A DNA stretch of 63,220 nucleotides, the filler included, from Chiloscyllium plagiosum (Eukaryota): NCBI RefSeq assembly GCF_004010195.1. It is 4 parts of one record of this genome, joined end to end, with 100 filler letters (N's around TTAATTAATTAA, not from the genome) between each part and the next. Parts side by side here need not be neighbours in the genome. Positions count along the whole stretch, not along the records: positions 1 to 27,860 come from NC_057711.1; positions 27,961 to 45,357 come from NC_057711.1; 2 more parts are not named here. The stretch is one strand, 5' to 3'. The stretch's first letter is position 1; the number at the start of each line of letters is the position of its first letter. Position numbers and translations under genes: made by a program. Below are positions 26,355 to 37,850 of the stretch, piece by piece. The notes under the pieces were generated by a model, which had not been told where the DNA came from, did not search any database, and saw only the letters and a list, made by a program, of their open reading frames with translations.

Positions 26355-27656
26355 GATTTGGAGATGCTGGTGTTGGACTGGGGTGCAAAAAGTTAAAAAT
26401 CACACCACACCAGGTTATAGTCCAACAGGTTTAATTGGAAGCACACTAGCTTTTGGAGCGACGCTCCTTCATCAGGGGGGTTGTGGAGGGCAAAATTGGC
26501 AGACACAGAATTTATAGCAAAAGTTTACACTGTGATGTAACTGAAATTATACATTGAATAATACCTTAATTGTTTGTTGAGGCGTTCATCTGTTAGAATA
26601 CTATGATAGTTTCACTTCTTTCATGTATAAATCACAAAACCTTTTTTTAAAAAGTTGCATTCTCCGGTTAACTGTAACAATGGGTGTTAGCTAGACAATA
26701 TGTTGAAGGTGTTAGCCCCCTGTGTTCTCTGTCTTTGCCATAATGTTTAGATTGATTGTAAACTAAAAAGTGAGATAACAGAGTTTACATGAATTCATGC
26801 AGATTTTGAACAAAGTACCATGTAACTCTGCAAGTCCAAATTCACCCCACAAATGTATATGTATATGTATGTTCGTGCATGTGGATCTTTGTGTGTGTAT
26901 GTGTGTGTGTTTGTCTGTCTGTCTGTCTGGGTTGGGGGGTTGTGAGTGAGAGAGAAAGAGTTATATGTTTGGTGTCTGCGTATGTGTCTGTGTACATGTG
27001 TGTCCGTGTGTATGTGTGTGTAAAGGAGTGCCTGTGTATGTATGTAGGAGTATCTGTGTGTGTGTAAATAGTGCAATGGTGGTCACCTGTCCTGTGACAT
27101 GAACCCAAGGTCCCAGTTGAGGCCCTCCCTATGAGTACGGAACTTAGCTGTTCGGCCACTTTTCGCTGCTGCCTGTCCCGAAGTCCGCCTTGGAGTATGG
27201 TCACCCGAAGGGCACCTGGAAGTACTCAGGGATGCCCTCATAAGAACAGGGTACAATGCTCAACTCATCGACCGCCAGTTCTGATGTGCCACAGCAAGGA
27301 ACCGTAATGACCTTCTCAGGAGACAAACAGGTGCTGCAACAACAGGGTACCCTTCATTGTTCAGTACTTCCCAGGAGCTGAAAAACGACACCATGTTCTT
27401 CGTGACCTGCAACACATTATCAATGAGATTGAGCACCTCGCCAAGACCTTCTCCACACCTCCATTGCTTGCCTTTAAACAACCGCCAAACCTCAAACAGA
27501 TCATTGTTCGTAGCAAGCGGCCCTGCTTTCAGGACAACTCCATACAACCCTGTGATGATAGGCGCTGCAAATCGTGTCAGAGTGTGGATATGGATACCAC
27601 CATTATACGTGGGGACACCTCCCACCATATACGTGGCAGGTACTCATGTGACTCAG
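26355..27656. mobile_element. Penelope family B element: inverted 3' part (minus, 26355-27208) then plus-strand ORF fragment
   Basis: Plus-strand ORF FKQPPNLKQIIVRSK…PCDDRRCKSCQ…GRYSCDS. The minus part has (GT)n, the family B terminus and a hammerhead with GAAA>AAAA. Confidence 0.85.
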
Positions 27657-27860
27657 GTAAAAACAACGACTGCAGATGCTGGGAACCAGATTCTGGAGTA
27701 GATTGGTGCTGGAAAAGCACAGCAGTCCAGGCAGCATCCAAGGAGCAGTAAAATCGACGTTTCGGGCAAAAGCCCTTCGTCAGGAATACAGGCAGAGTGC
27801 CTGAAGGGTGGAGAGATAAATGAGAGGAGGGTGGGGGTGGGGAGAAAGTAGCATAGAGTA
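27657..27860 (-). mobile_element. Penelope family A terminus with intact hammerhead core (27756-27783)
   Basis: GTAAAAACAACGACTGCAGATGCTGG end. Minus strand reads CTGACGAAGGGCTTTTGCCCGAAACGTC. Confidence 0.85.
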
Positions 27861-27960
27861 NNNNNNNNNNNNNNNNNNNNNNNNNNNNNNNNNNNNNNNN
27901 NNNNTTAATTAATTAANNNNNNNNNNNNNNNNNNNNNNNNNNNNNNNNNNNNNNNNNNNN
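27861..27960. other. Artificial 100-nt spacer
   Basis: 44N-TTAATTAATTAA-44N. Confidence 0.95.
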
Positions 27961-28380
27961 CAGCTAATGATCCGCATCCATGAACACCAACTAGCCACGA
28001 AACGACACGACCAGCTATCCTTAGTAGCCACACACGCAGATGACAAGCAACATGAATTCGACTGGGACAACACTACTATTATAGGACAAGCCAAACAGAG
28101 AACAGCCAGGGAATTCCGAGAGGCATGGCACTCATCCACAGATTCAATCAATAAGCACATCGACCTGGACCCAATATACCGATCACTGCAACGGACAGCT
28201 GGAACTGACAACCGGAAGCGGCAGATTCAAACCACTATAAATGCCAGAGGAAGCGCTTCACAGGAGGCTCCCAAGCACTGAGGATGTCACCTAGACAGGG
28301 GACGAAACGTCTGCAACACAAATTCCCAGCTCGGCAAACAGAACCACAACAACGAGCACCCGAGCTACAAATCTTCTCCA
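27961..28380 (+). mobile_element. Penelope family C 3' end (GIY-YIG C-terminal half)
   Basis: RIHEHQLATKRHDQLSLVATHADDKQHEFDWDNTTIIGQAKQRTAREFREAWHS…INKHIDLDPIY. Confidence 0.88.
28275..28314 (+). ncRNA. Minimal hammerhead ribozyme motif (family C)
   Basis: gca-CTGAGGA-t-GTC a CCT agac AGG g GAC-GAAA-CGTC-tgc: intact core, helix I GCA/TGC. Confidence 0.78.
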
Positions 28381-28515
28381 AAGATGTATGGGTTAGGTGA
28401 ATTGGCCATGCTAAATTGCCCATTGTGTTAGGTGCATTAGTCAGAGGGAAATGGTTCTGGGTGGGTTACTCTGAGGGTCGAAGGGCCTGTTTCCACACTG
28501 TAGGGAATCTAATCT
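28381..28515 (+). mobile_element. HE1-type SINE 3' half
   Basis: GGTGAATTGGCCATGCTAAATTGCCC…GAAGGGCCTGTTTCCACACTGTAG…ATCTAATCT. Confidence 0.8.
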
Positions 28516-28711
28516 AAAAAAAAAATTGAGACGGTCAAGGGCAGCATAGGAACATCACCACCTGCAAGTTCCTGTCCAAGCCTCTCAGCACCCAGACTTG
28601 GAAATACGTCACCATTATTTTTCTGCAGATGCTGCCAGGCCTGCTGAGACTTGCCAGCAATTTCGGTTTTTGTTTCCGATTTCCAGCATCCTCAGGTCAT
28701 TCAGTTTTTAT

Positions 28712-31700
28712 TTAGGCAGAAAGAGAGATAAGGCCCTGCAAAGTTCAGGGAGTGAAGGAGGAAGTTGAGAACAGAGCCTCTAGGGTTATAATCTTGGGAT
28801 TATTTCCTGTGTCATGAGCAAGTAGACTAGAAATAGAAAGATAATACAGTTAAACACATGGCTAAAGAGCTGATGCATGAGAGAAGGCTTCAAATACGTG
28901 GATCATTTTGATGTCTTCCAGTGCAGGTGGGACCTGTACAAGAACAGGTTTCACTTAAACTGAGGGGGGACTCAATATCCTGGCAGGGAGATTTGCTAGA
29001 GTTATTCGTGAGGGTTTCAACTAATGGGGTCAGCAAGGTCAGCAAGTAAAATAACTAAGGAGGAGTAGAGACAATTGCCAGTAAAGCTAAGAAGAAGAAC
29101 AGACAGGGAGAGGTTACTGAATGCGGCAGGACGGGCAGCCTGAGGTGTATTTGTGTAGAGTACGACAGGTAAGGTAGATGGAACATCGAGTTTGGGTTAA
29201 TACATATAACAATGTTGTTGTAGCTATTATACAGACTTGGTTGAGAGAGGGACAAGATTGGCAGCCTAACATTCCGAGACAGTAGGATGTAAAAGAAGAG
29301 GGGGAGTTGCATTCAAGATCAGGAAGAGTATCACAATTGCACTGATGGAGGACACCTTGGAGGTCTCATCTAGCGAAGCCAGATGGGTAGAGCTCAGGAA
29401 TAATAAGTATGCAATCACTTTGATAGATTGTATAGCAGGCCTCCCAACAGCCAGCAGGTAGTAGAGGAACAGATATGTCTACAGGTTATGGAAACATTTA
29501 AAAACATCAGGGTTGTTGGAGTAATTTTAACTTCCCCTGTGTTGACCGGGCCTCCCTTATTGTCAGGGGCTTGGTTGGGGATATTTGTTCGGTGTGTTCA
29601 GGATGGTTTTTTGAAACAAAATATGCAAATAGTCCAACTCAAAAAGGAGCCACACTCAACTGGTATTGGTTAATGAGCCCAGCCAGGTGATCAAAGTTTC
29701 AGTGGTAGAGCATTTTGGGAATGGTAACGATAATTCTCTAAGTTTTAAGTTACTTATGAATAAGGATAACAGCAGTCCTTGCATGTCATTACTGAATTGG
29801 GGGAAGGTCAAAATATTAGGCAGGAACTGGGGAATGTAGATTGAAGGCAGTTGTTTGAAGGTAAACCCATATCTGACATGTGGGAATCTTTTAAAGGCTA
29901 GTTGTTTGAAGTTCAGGACCAGCATGTTCCTGAGAAAAAGAAGAAAAAAGATGGCAAGATTCAGAAACCTTAGATGACAAGAGAAATTGAGAGCTTAAAC
30001 AAAACAAAAAAGGCGTATATAAGGACTTAGGAAACTGAAGACAAATAAAGCCTTCAAAGAATACAAAGACAGCAGGAAATGATTCAAACAAGGAATTAGG
30101 AGGGTCTACAAAGGGGCCATGTAATGTCTTTGGCAAACAGGATTCAGGAAAATCCCAACATATTGCATATGTGCATGAAAAAGGAGCAAGAGGGTAGCTA
30201 GTGAAAGGATACATCCACTCAAGGATAAAGGAGGGAACTTATGCCTGGAGCCGGAGGAAGTAGGTGAGATACTTTGCATCAGTATTCACAACGAAGAGAC
30301 ACATGGTGGATGGGGAGTCTCAGGAGGGGTAGGTTGATGTTCTAGGACATCTCAATATAAAAGAAAAGTGATGTTAGGTGTCTTGAAAAGCATTAAGGTA
30401 GATAAGTCACCAAGTCCTGATGGGAGCCAGGTGAGTCAGTTTCTGGGGATTTGTGTTAAATCATTGTATCCTCTTTAGTCACAGGAGAGGTCCCAGAGGA
30501 CCAATTTTGATCCTTTGTTGAAGGAGAGTGACAGGGATAATTGGGACATTACAGGCCAGTGAGCCCTATGTCGGCAGTAGGGAAATTATTGGAAAAGATT
30601 CTTAGACAAAATTTAATCACGTTTGGAAAGGTATGGACTTATTAGCGATAGGCAGCATGGCTCACAGCGGGCAAGGTCATGCCTCACAAACTTACAGTCA
30701 TAGAGATGCACAGCATGGAAATAGGCACAGCATGGAAATAGACCCTTCAGTCCAACTCATCCATGCCAACCAGATATCCTAACCTAATCCAGTCACACAT
30801 GCCAGCATTTGACCCATAACCCTCTAAACTGTTCCTATTCATATACCCATCCAGATGCCTTTTATTGTACTAACCACCACCTCTAGCAGCTTATTCCATA
30901 CATGCACCATCCTCTGTGTGAAAAAGTTGCCCCTTTAATTCCTTTTAAATTTCTCCCCTCTCACCCTAAACCTATGCTCTCTAGTTCTGGACTATTTACC
31001 CGATCATGCTTCTCATGATTTTATAAGGTCACCCCTCAGCTTCTGATGCTCCAGAGAAAACAACTCCAGCCTATTCAGTCTCTTCCTGTAGGTCAAATCC
31101 TCCTACCCTTGCAACATCCTTGTAAATCTTTTCTGAACCCTTTGAAGTTTCACAACACCTTTCCGATAGGAAGACGACCAGAATTGCACACAATATTTCA
31201 AAAGTGGCCTAACCAATTCCTGTATAGCCGCAACATGACCTCCCAACTCTGATAGCTAATGCTCTGTCTAATAAAGGAAAAGCATACCAAATGCCTTCTT
31301 CACTATCCTATCTACCTGTGGCTCCACTTTCAAGGAACTATGAACTGCATTCCAAGGTCTCTTTGTTCAGCAACACTCCCCAGGACCTTACCATTAAGTT
31401 GTTGAGTTAGAAAGCCACAAATCCAAGTTTTCCAATGAAAAGAGAAAGGGCAACATTGTAAACATGGTAAATAGAACCATAAAAACATGTAAAGATGTTG
31501 CTGAATTGTGGTAAATGGATTTCAGTGGAGCAAATGCGAGGTTGTCTAGATAGTCCAGAGTGGTAACTCACAAACGATTAAGTCCACGATGTCGGTTATA
31601 GTACCTTGGCATGGATAGAGAATTGGCTTAGGGGCAGGAAACAGTGAGTGGAGGTAAACGGTTCTTTCTCATGTTGGCGACCTGTGATCAGTGGGGTTCC

Positions 31701-33650
31701 ACACAGACCAGTAGTGTGGCCACAATTGTTTACAATATGTATTAAATACTTGGAGGAAGGAAGTGAATATACTGCAGCCAGATTTGTAGATGATACAAAA
31801 ATAGGTGGAAGAGCACGGTGGGCGGCACGGTGGCACAGTGGTTAGCACTGCTGCCTCACAGCGCCTGAGACCCGGGTTCAGTTCCCACCTCAGGCAACTG
31901 ACTGTGTGGAGTTTGCATGTTCTCCCCGTGTCTGCGTGGGTTTCCTCCGGGTGCTCCGGTTTCCTCCCACAGTCCAAAAATGTGCAGGTCAGGTGAATTG
32001 GCCATGCTAAAATTGCCCGTGGTGTTAGGTAAGGGGTAAATGGGTGGACATTTTCACTTAAATGTCAAAGGATCGGGGGTTCTTGATAGAAGTTTACAAA
32101 GTTATGAGAGGCTTGGATACAATGGATAGTCAGTTTCTTTTTTTCCCCAGGGTAAAAAAGTCAAATACTAGGGGTGGGTTGCGCTTCGGCGGGTCGGTGT
32201 GGACTTGTTGGGCCGAAGGGCCTGTTTCCACACTGTAATATAATCTATAAATCCTGCTAAGATTTGCCTTTCCAAAATGCAGCACATCACATTTATCTAA
32301 ATTAAACTCCACCTGCCACTCCTCAGCCCATTGACCCATCTGATCCAGATCTGTTGTACTGTGAGGTAACCTTCTTCGCTGTCCACTACACCTCCAATTT
32401 TTGGGTCATCCGTACACTTACTAACTTTACTTCCTATGTTCATATCAAAATCATTTATATACAATGACAAAAAGCAGTGGATCCAGCTTGATTGAGTTTT
32501 TTTTGAGAAATTGATAAAGAGGATGGATGAGGCAGGGCAGTGGATATTGTTGACATAGACTTTAGCAAGGCCTTTGACAAAGTCCCTTGTTGCAGGCTGA
32601 TACAGAAGGTGAAATCACATGGTATCTGTGAGCTGGTAAGATGGGAACTGGCCTAGAAGACAAAATAGACGTAGAAAGGTGTTTTTGCAAATTGGAGATC
32701 TGTGGCCAGTGGTATTCCACTGGGATCAGTTCTGGGGCCCTTGTTATTTGTAACCTATATAAAGGATTTAGAGCAAAACACAGATGGCCTGATTAGTAAG
32801 TTTGTGGATGACACAAAATTTGGGAAAGTTGCTGATAGTGAGGAGGATTATCACATGGCAAACTGGGTTTAATCTGGACAAATGCTAAGTGATGCATTTT
32901 GAGAGATCTATTGCAGGAGAGTATACAGTAAATGGCAGAATTCCTAGCAGCATCGACATACAGAGGGATCTGGGAATACAGATCCACAGTTCATTGAAAG
33001 TGCCAATATAAGTGGATGAGATGTTCAAGGAGCATATGGCATGCTTTCCTTCATTGGTTGGGGCATAATGTTTAAAAATTGGCAAATCATGTTGCATGCT
33101 TATAGAACTTTAGTTAGGCCACATTTGGAACACCGTGTGCAGTTCTGATTACCACACTACCAGAAGGATGTGGAGGTTTTGAAGAGGGTAAAGAAATGGT
33201 TTATCATGATATTGCCTGGTTTGGAGGGCATCAGTTATGAGGAGAGATTGGACAAAAATGGTTTGTTTTCACTTAAATGTCGAAGGATCGGGGGTTCCTG
33301 ATAGAAGTTTACAAAGTTATGAGAGGCTTGGATACAATGGATAGTCCCAACTTTCCCCAGGGTAAAAAAGTCAAATACTAGGGGATGTAGGTTTATGGTA
33401 AAAGGGGGTAAGTTTAAAGGAGATGTGACAGGCAAGTTTTGTTTTTACACAGAGCCTGAAATGTGCTGCCAGAGGAAGTGGTGGAAGCAGATACAATAGC
33501 AACATTTAAGAGGCCTCTTGACAGATATACTAATAGGCAGAGAATAAAGGGATATGGAAAACAAATGGTTTCTACATTAGAAATGTGTCATAGACCAGTG
33601 CAGTCCTGGTGGGTGGAAGGGGCTGTTCCTCTGCTGTGCTGTTCTTTGTT
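28712..33650 (+). mobile_element. Long decayed CR1 LINE region with nested insertions (minus CR1 at about 30697-31398 and 32250-32488; SINE at 31816-32248)
   Basis: Consecutive CR1 ORF1-end, endonuclease, RT (DFSKAFDKV, FVDDTK) and 3' end motifs, all with stops and frameshifts. Confidence 0.8.
31816..32248 (+). mobile_element. HE1-type SINE containing a 130-bp insert
   Basis: Full head CGGTGGGCGGCACGGTGGCACAGTGG and tail, with foreign CR1 sequence at 32045-32174. Confidence 0.9.
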
Positions 33651-33737
33651 CTTTTTGGAAGCTCTGGAGTGAGAATTGAACCTGATCAAAACTTTATAAA
33701 TAAAAAGGTGAGAGTGCCACCAACTGAGCCACAATTA

Positions 33738-34001
33738 CCCGAGGAAGAACGCCTCTTCTTCCGCCTCGGAACACTTCAACCCCAGGGCATCAATGTGGAC
33801 TTCACCAGTTTCCTCATTTCCCCTTCCCCCACCTCACCCTAGTTCCAAACTTCCAGCTCAGCACCGTCCCCATGACCTGTCCTACCTGCCTATCTTCCTC
33901 TCTGCCTGTATTCCTGATGAAGGGTTTTTGCCCGAAGCGTCGATTTTACTGCTCCTCGGATGCTGCCTGAACTGCTGTGCTTTTCCAGCACCACTCTACT
34001 C
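33738..34001 (+). mobile_element. Penelope family A 3' end, internally deleted
   Basis: EEERLFFRLGTLQPQGINVDF. 14-bp TSD CTGAGCCACAATTA at 33724-33737 and 34002-34015. Hammerhead has GAAA>GAAG. Confidence 0.88.
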
Positions 34002-35747
34002 CTGAGCCACAATTAATGCAAGGACAGTTAATTGCATTGGTGGAATTATATTGTTACATTATTTGCAATAATTATTTGTATCTTAGCATTACTGGCTGTT
34101 ATCTGGTCTCCTTGATAATCTGCTTAGGCAGAGTGATGACAGTGAAATCTCTTTCCAATGTCACAGACAATATTGAAAAGGGCAACCAAGTGACAGAGGA
34201 ACAAAGACACCATCTCTCCTGATCAGGAAACAGCCACTTAGCAATTTGGATGCACTGTAAATTTCTCAACACAAAGTGCAGCACATTTAAGAAGCAACGC
34301 TGTGGGTGGGATGCAGATCTATACTATTTTTTACACAGAGTACATAAATCTTCCTCTCAACCCTATCATCAAAGGCATGACAAACTGGAGTCAAGCGCTC
34401 GCTCACCAGAAGGTAGGCCTAGACATTACCAGTTACTCTCGCTTAGCCTACCATCCAGCAAAATGATCAGACAGCCGGAATTTAAACCATCCATCTGGAA
34501 ACAATATTGAAAGGCACTTCAAAGAACAGCAGTTACTACTGCAATACATTTATACCACAATTTTTCTTCGGTTTGGCGGAAGCTCTATTATTGTGTAAAT
34601 TATTGATTATCATTGGAGTACACATTTTGTAATGGCAATGAAACATGACAATCCAGAGAGAGACAAAGCAAAGGTGAAACCTGGTCCCTTTTTTGTAAGA
34701 CAATATTGAGTGATTTTCTTGTGGAGGGAATGAAAATGTCGAAGTCCACAATGATGAAAACCTATCTCAAGAGGAGTGATTCTTCCACAACGTTTACTGT
34801 ACGATTTGTTCCTTACTGGACAAGTTTGCAACTTATCATGAAAGTTAGTGAACGCTTTCCTCCATTCTCCTTCCAAATAGCTGTACATAACATCAAACGG
34901 GAAATGTGGTACAAACATCTGGATATTATTTGGCATTGTACACAGATGTCATGTTGGCATAGGGAATCTCCTTAAGATTTGTAGAGAGAAACAGCCCATT
35001 AATATAATTAAATTGTACATCATCTGAAGGTTCCTGAAGATTTAAAACCCAGTCTGTGCCCCTCTGAACCAATCTCCTTCATGATAATGCTTAAAACCTC
35101 TCTCTTTAACTAAGTATTTAACTATCTATTATCTCCTCCTTTAGTTGGTGTCCTGTGAAATAACTCAGGACATTTTATATTAAAGGTACTAAGTAAATGC
35201 AATTTTTTGTTGCAGATAGTTCCATTAATGGGCACCCAGGTAAGAACAGGAAATCTAAAGATAGTTAACTACAACCAGAAGTCTCCCATTAAAAAAACTC
35301 TTCTCTTTAAACCTCGGAAAAACCAAGCACAGTGAAGATGGAGACTAGTCCTTTTTAAACTTTATATCTGAGAATGCTCAGGAAATTTTCTGATACGGGA
35401 TTCTGTAAAACATTCCAAAGTTCTGGAAGGTCTATTCAAAATACTTTCTCATGGAGAAATAGAATCAATATAACATTGTCTTTAGCTGCATAGTATCATG
35501 AATTTACCTTTACCGCAAACTTTGTCATACTTTTCAGATTCACTAATTGTTCATGTAATTCACTCAAATATAGTCCCAGGAACAAATCCTGTGGAAATAC
35601 TACTTCCTGATGAGTATTTACAGCAAACTAAACAACCACTATTCAAAAATTCCAGAAGATATTTGATAAAGTCCCATTTCCGAGGATATTGTGGAAAACA
35701 AAAGCTTGTGGTGTAGGAGTAACGCATTGGCAAGGATAGAATAATGT

Positions 35748-35975
35748 AAATAATGTAACAATATAATTCCACCAATGCAATTAACTGTCCTTGCATTAAT
35801 TGTGGCTCAGGAGTAGAGTGGTGCTGGAAAAGCATAGCAGTTCAGGCAGCATCAGAGGAGCAGTAAAATCGACGCTTCGGGCAAAAACCCTTCATCAGGA
35901 ATACAGGCAGAGTGCCTGATGGGTGGAGAGATAAATGAGAGGAGGGTGGGGGTGGGGAGAAAGTAGCATAGAGTA
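35748..35975 (-). repeat. Inverted copy of 33899-34064 (Penelope end plus unique flank), extended with further Penelope sequence
   Basis: 35748-35912 is the near-identical reverse complement of 33899-34064. Confidence 0.9.
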
Positions 35976-35988
35976 CAAAAAATAGAAA

Positions 35989-36299
35989 GGTGGCACAGTG
36001 GTTAGCACTGCTGCCTCACAGCACCAGTAGACCCGGGTTCAATTCCCGCCTCAGGCAACTGACTGTGTGGAGTTTGCACGTTCTCCCCGTGTCTGCGTGG
36101 GTTTCCTCCAGGTGCTCCGGTTTCCTCCCACAGTCCAAAGATGTGCAGGTTGGGTGAATTGGCCATGCTAAATTGCCCGAAGTGTTAGGTAAGGGGTAAA
36201 TGTAAGGGTATGGGTGGGTTACGCTTTGGCGGGTCGGTGTGGACTTGTTGGGCCGAAGGGCCTGTTTCCACACTGTAATCTAATCTAATCTAATCTAAT
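35989..36299 (+). mobile_element. HE1-type SINE
   Basis: A/B boxes, (TAATC)n tail, and the flanking repeat AAAGGTGGCA at 35986 and 36304. Confidence 0.92.
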
Positions 36300-36309
36300 T
36301 CAAAAAGGT

Positions 36310-37850
36310 GGCATAAATGCTTTTTTTCAGGTTGACAAGATGTAATAGGTGGGACCTCAACTGTTTACAATTCATATAAATGACTTGGATGAAGGGACAG
36401 AAGGTAGAATTGCTGATGATTCAAAGGTAGGTAGAAAATGAGTTCTGAGGAAGATGTAGGATATAAGAAGGCAACAAAAAAAATAGATAGGTTATACAAA
36501 AAGATATAGATAGTTTAAGTGAGAAAAGATGTGGTAAATGGAGTACAATGTAGAAAAATGTGAAGCACATAATCTAAATCTGGGAGATTGCAGAGCTGAG
36601 ATCCAAAGGAAATTGTGTTTCCCAGTGCATGGATTAAAGGTTAACTCGCAATTACAGCAATTAGGAAAGCTAATAGAATGCTATCTTTTTTTGTTGCAGA
36701 GGGAATTGACAACAAAATTGGCAATATTATCCTTCAGTTACACTGGTGGAACTACATGTGGAGCATTGATAATGTTATAATCATCTTATTTAAGAAGGGC
36801 TGTAGATGGTTTGAAAACAGTTTGCCAGACTGGGAGAAAGTGAGGACTGCAGATGCTGGAGATCAGAGTCGAGAGAGTGGTGCTGGAAAAGCTTAGCAGG
36901 TCAGGCAGCATCCAAGGAACAGGAGAATTGACGTTTTGGGTATAAGCCCCCATTCCTGATGAAGGGCTTATGCCTGAAACGACAATTCCCCTGGTCCTTG
37001 GATGCTGCCTGACCTGCTGTGCTTTTCCAGTACCACACTCTCGAGACTAATACCTGGAACTGGTGGATTCTCTTATGTTGAAATGTTAGACAGGCTAAAC
37101 TTACACCCACTGGAATCTGAAGAGAAAGAGGTGACTTGATTAAGACAAATATGAAACGAAGGGGTCTTGGCAGGTTGAATGTGGAAAACTTGCTTCCTCT
37201 CATAAGAGGATCAAAAATTAGGGATTACAGTTTAAAACAGAGATTAAACATTTTTTTCTCTCTCAGACGGTGATCAGTCAGTCATACAGTATGGAAACAG
37301 TCAAACTTGTTGGCACCGACCAAACATCTCAATCTGACCAAGTCCCATTTGCCAGATTTTGGCTCATAGCCCCTTATGCCCTTCCTATTCATATACCTAT
37401 CCAGATGCTTTTGAAATGTTGTAATTGTGCCCACCTTCACCACTTCGTCTGGCAGCTCGTTCCATACACATACCACCCAGCACGTGAAGAAGTTGCCCCT
37501 CAGGCCCTTTTTAAATCTTTCCCCTCTCACCTTAAACCTATGCCTTCCAGCCAGGGATTCCCCCACCACAGGAAAAGGACTTTGGCTATTCACCCTATCT
37601 ATGCCCCTCATGATTTTATAAACCTCTACAAAGATCACTCCTCAGCCTCTCGAACTTTCTTCTGAAAAGGTGGTGGAAGCAGACACTTTAAATATTTAGA
37701 CTTAGGTGGATAGATTCTGATAAACATTGGGTGAAAAGTTATAAGGAATAAGCAAGAATATGAATTTACTGTTACAATCAGATTACCCATGATCTTACTT
37801 AATGGTGAAGCAGGTTCGAGGGAGTGAAACTCCTGCTCCTTGTTCATATG
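36310..37850 (+). mobile_element. Old CR1 3' region, with a palindromic insert at 36832-37045 and a younger minus CR1 at about 37280-37650
   Basis: MEYNVEKCE and RGDLI-like motifs. The minus strand has VYKIMRGIDRV…WNELPDEVV. Confidence 0.75.
36832..37045. mobile_element. Palindromic Penelope-derived insertion
   Basis: Inverted arms (about 36869-36949 and 36964-37044) around a degenerate hammerhead, CTGATGAAGGGCTTATGCCTGAAACGAC. Confidence 0.8.

Noticed and set aside
34099..34284. WCLCS in a minus-strand ORF, resembling FANCC WCLCCL
   Set aside because: The surrounding residues and splice positions do not fit.
34926..35588. Possible minus-strand exons 35508-35588 (DLFLGLYLSELHEQLVNLKSMTKFAVK, phase 0) and 34926-34970 (EIPYANMTSVYNAK*) that could splice in frame to the FANCC exon
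   Set aside because: No resemblance to FANCC or any protein I recognise, and the acceptors are weak. Such pseudo-exons are common by chance, so RNA-seq would be needed.
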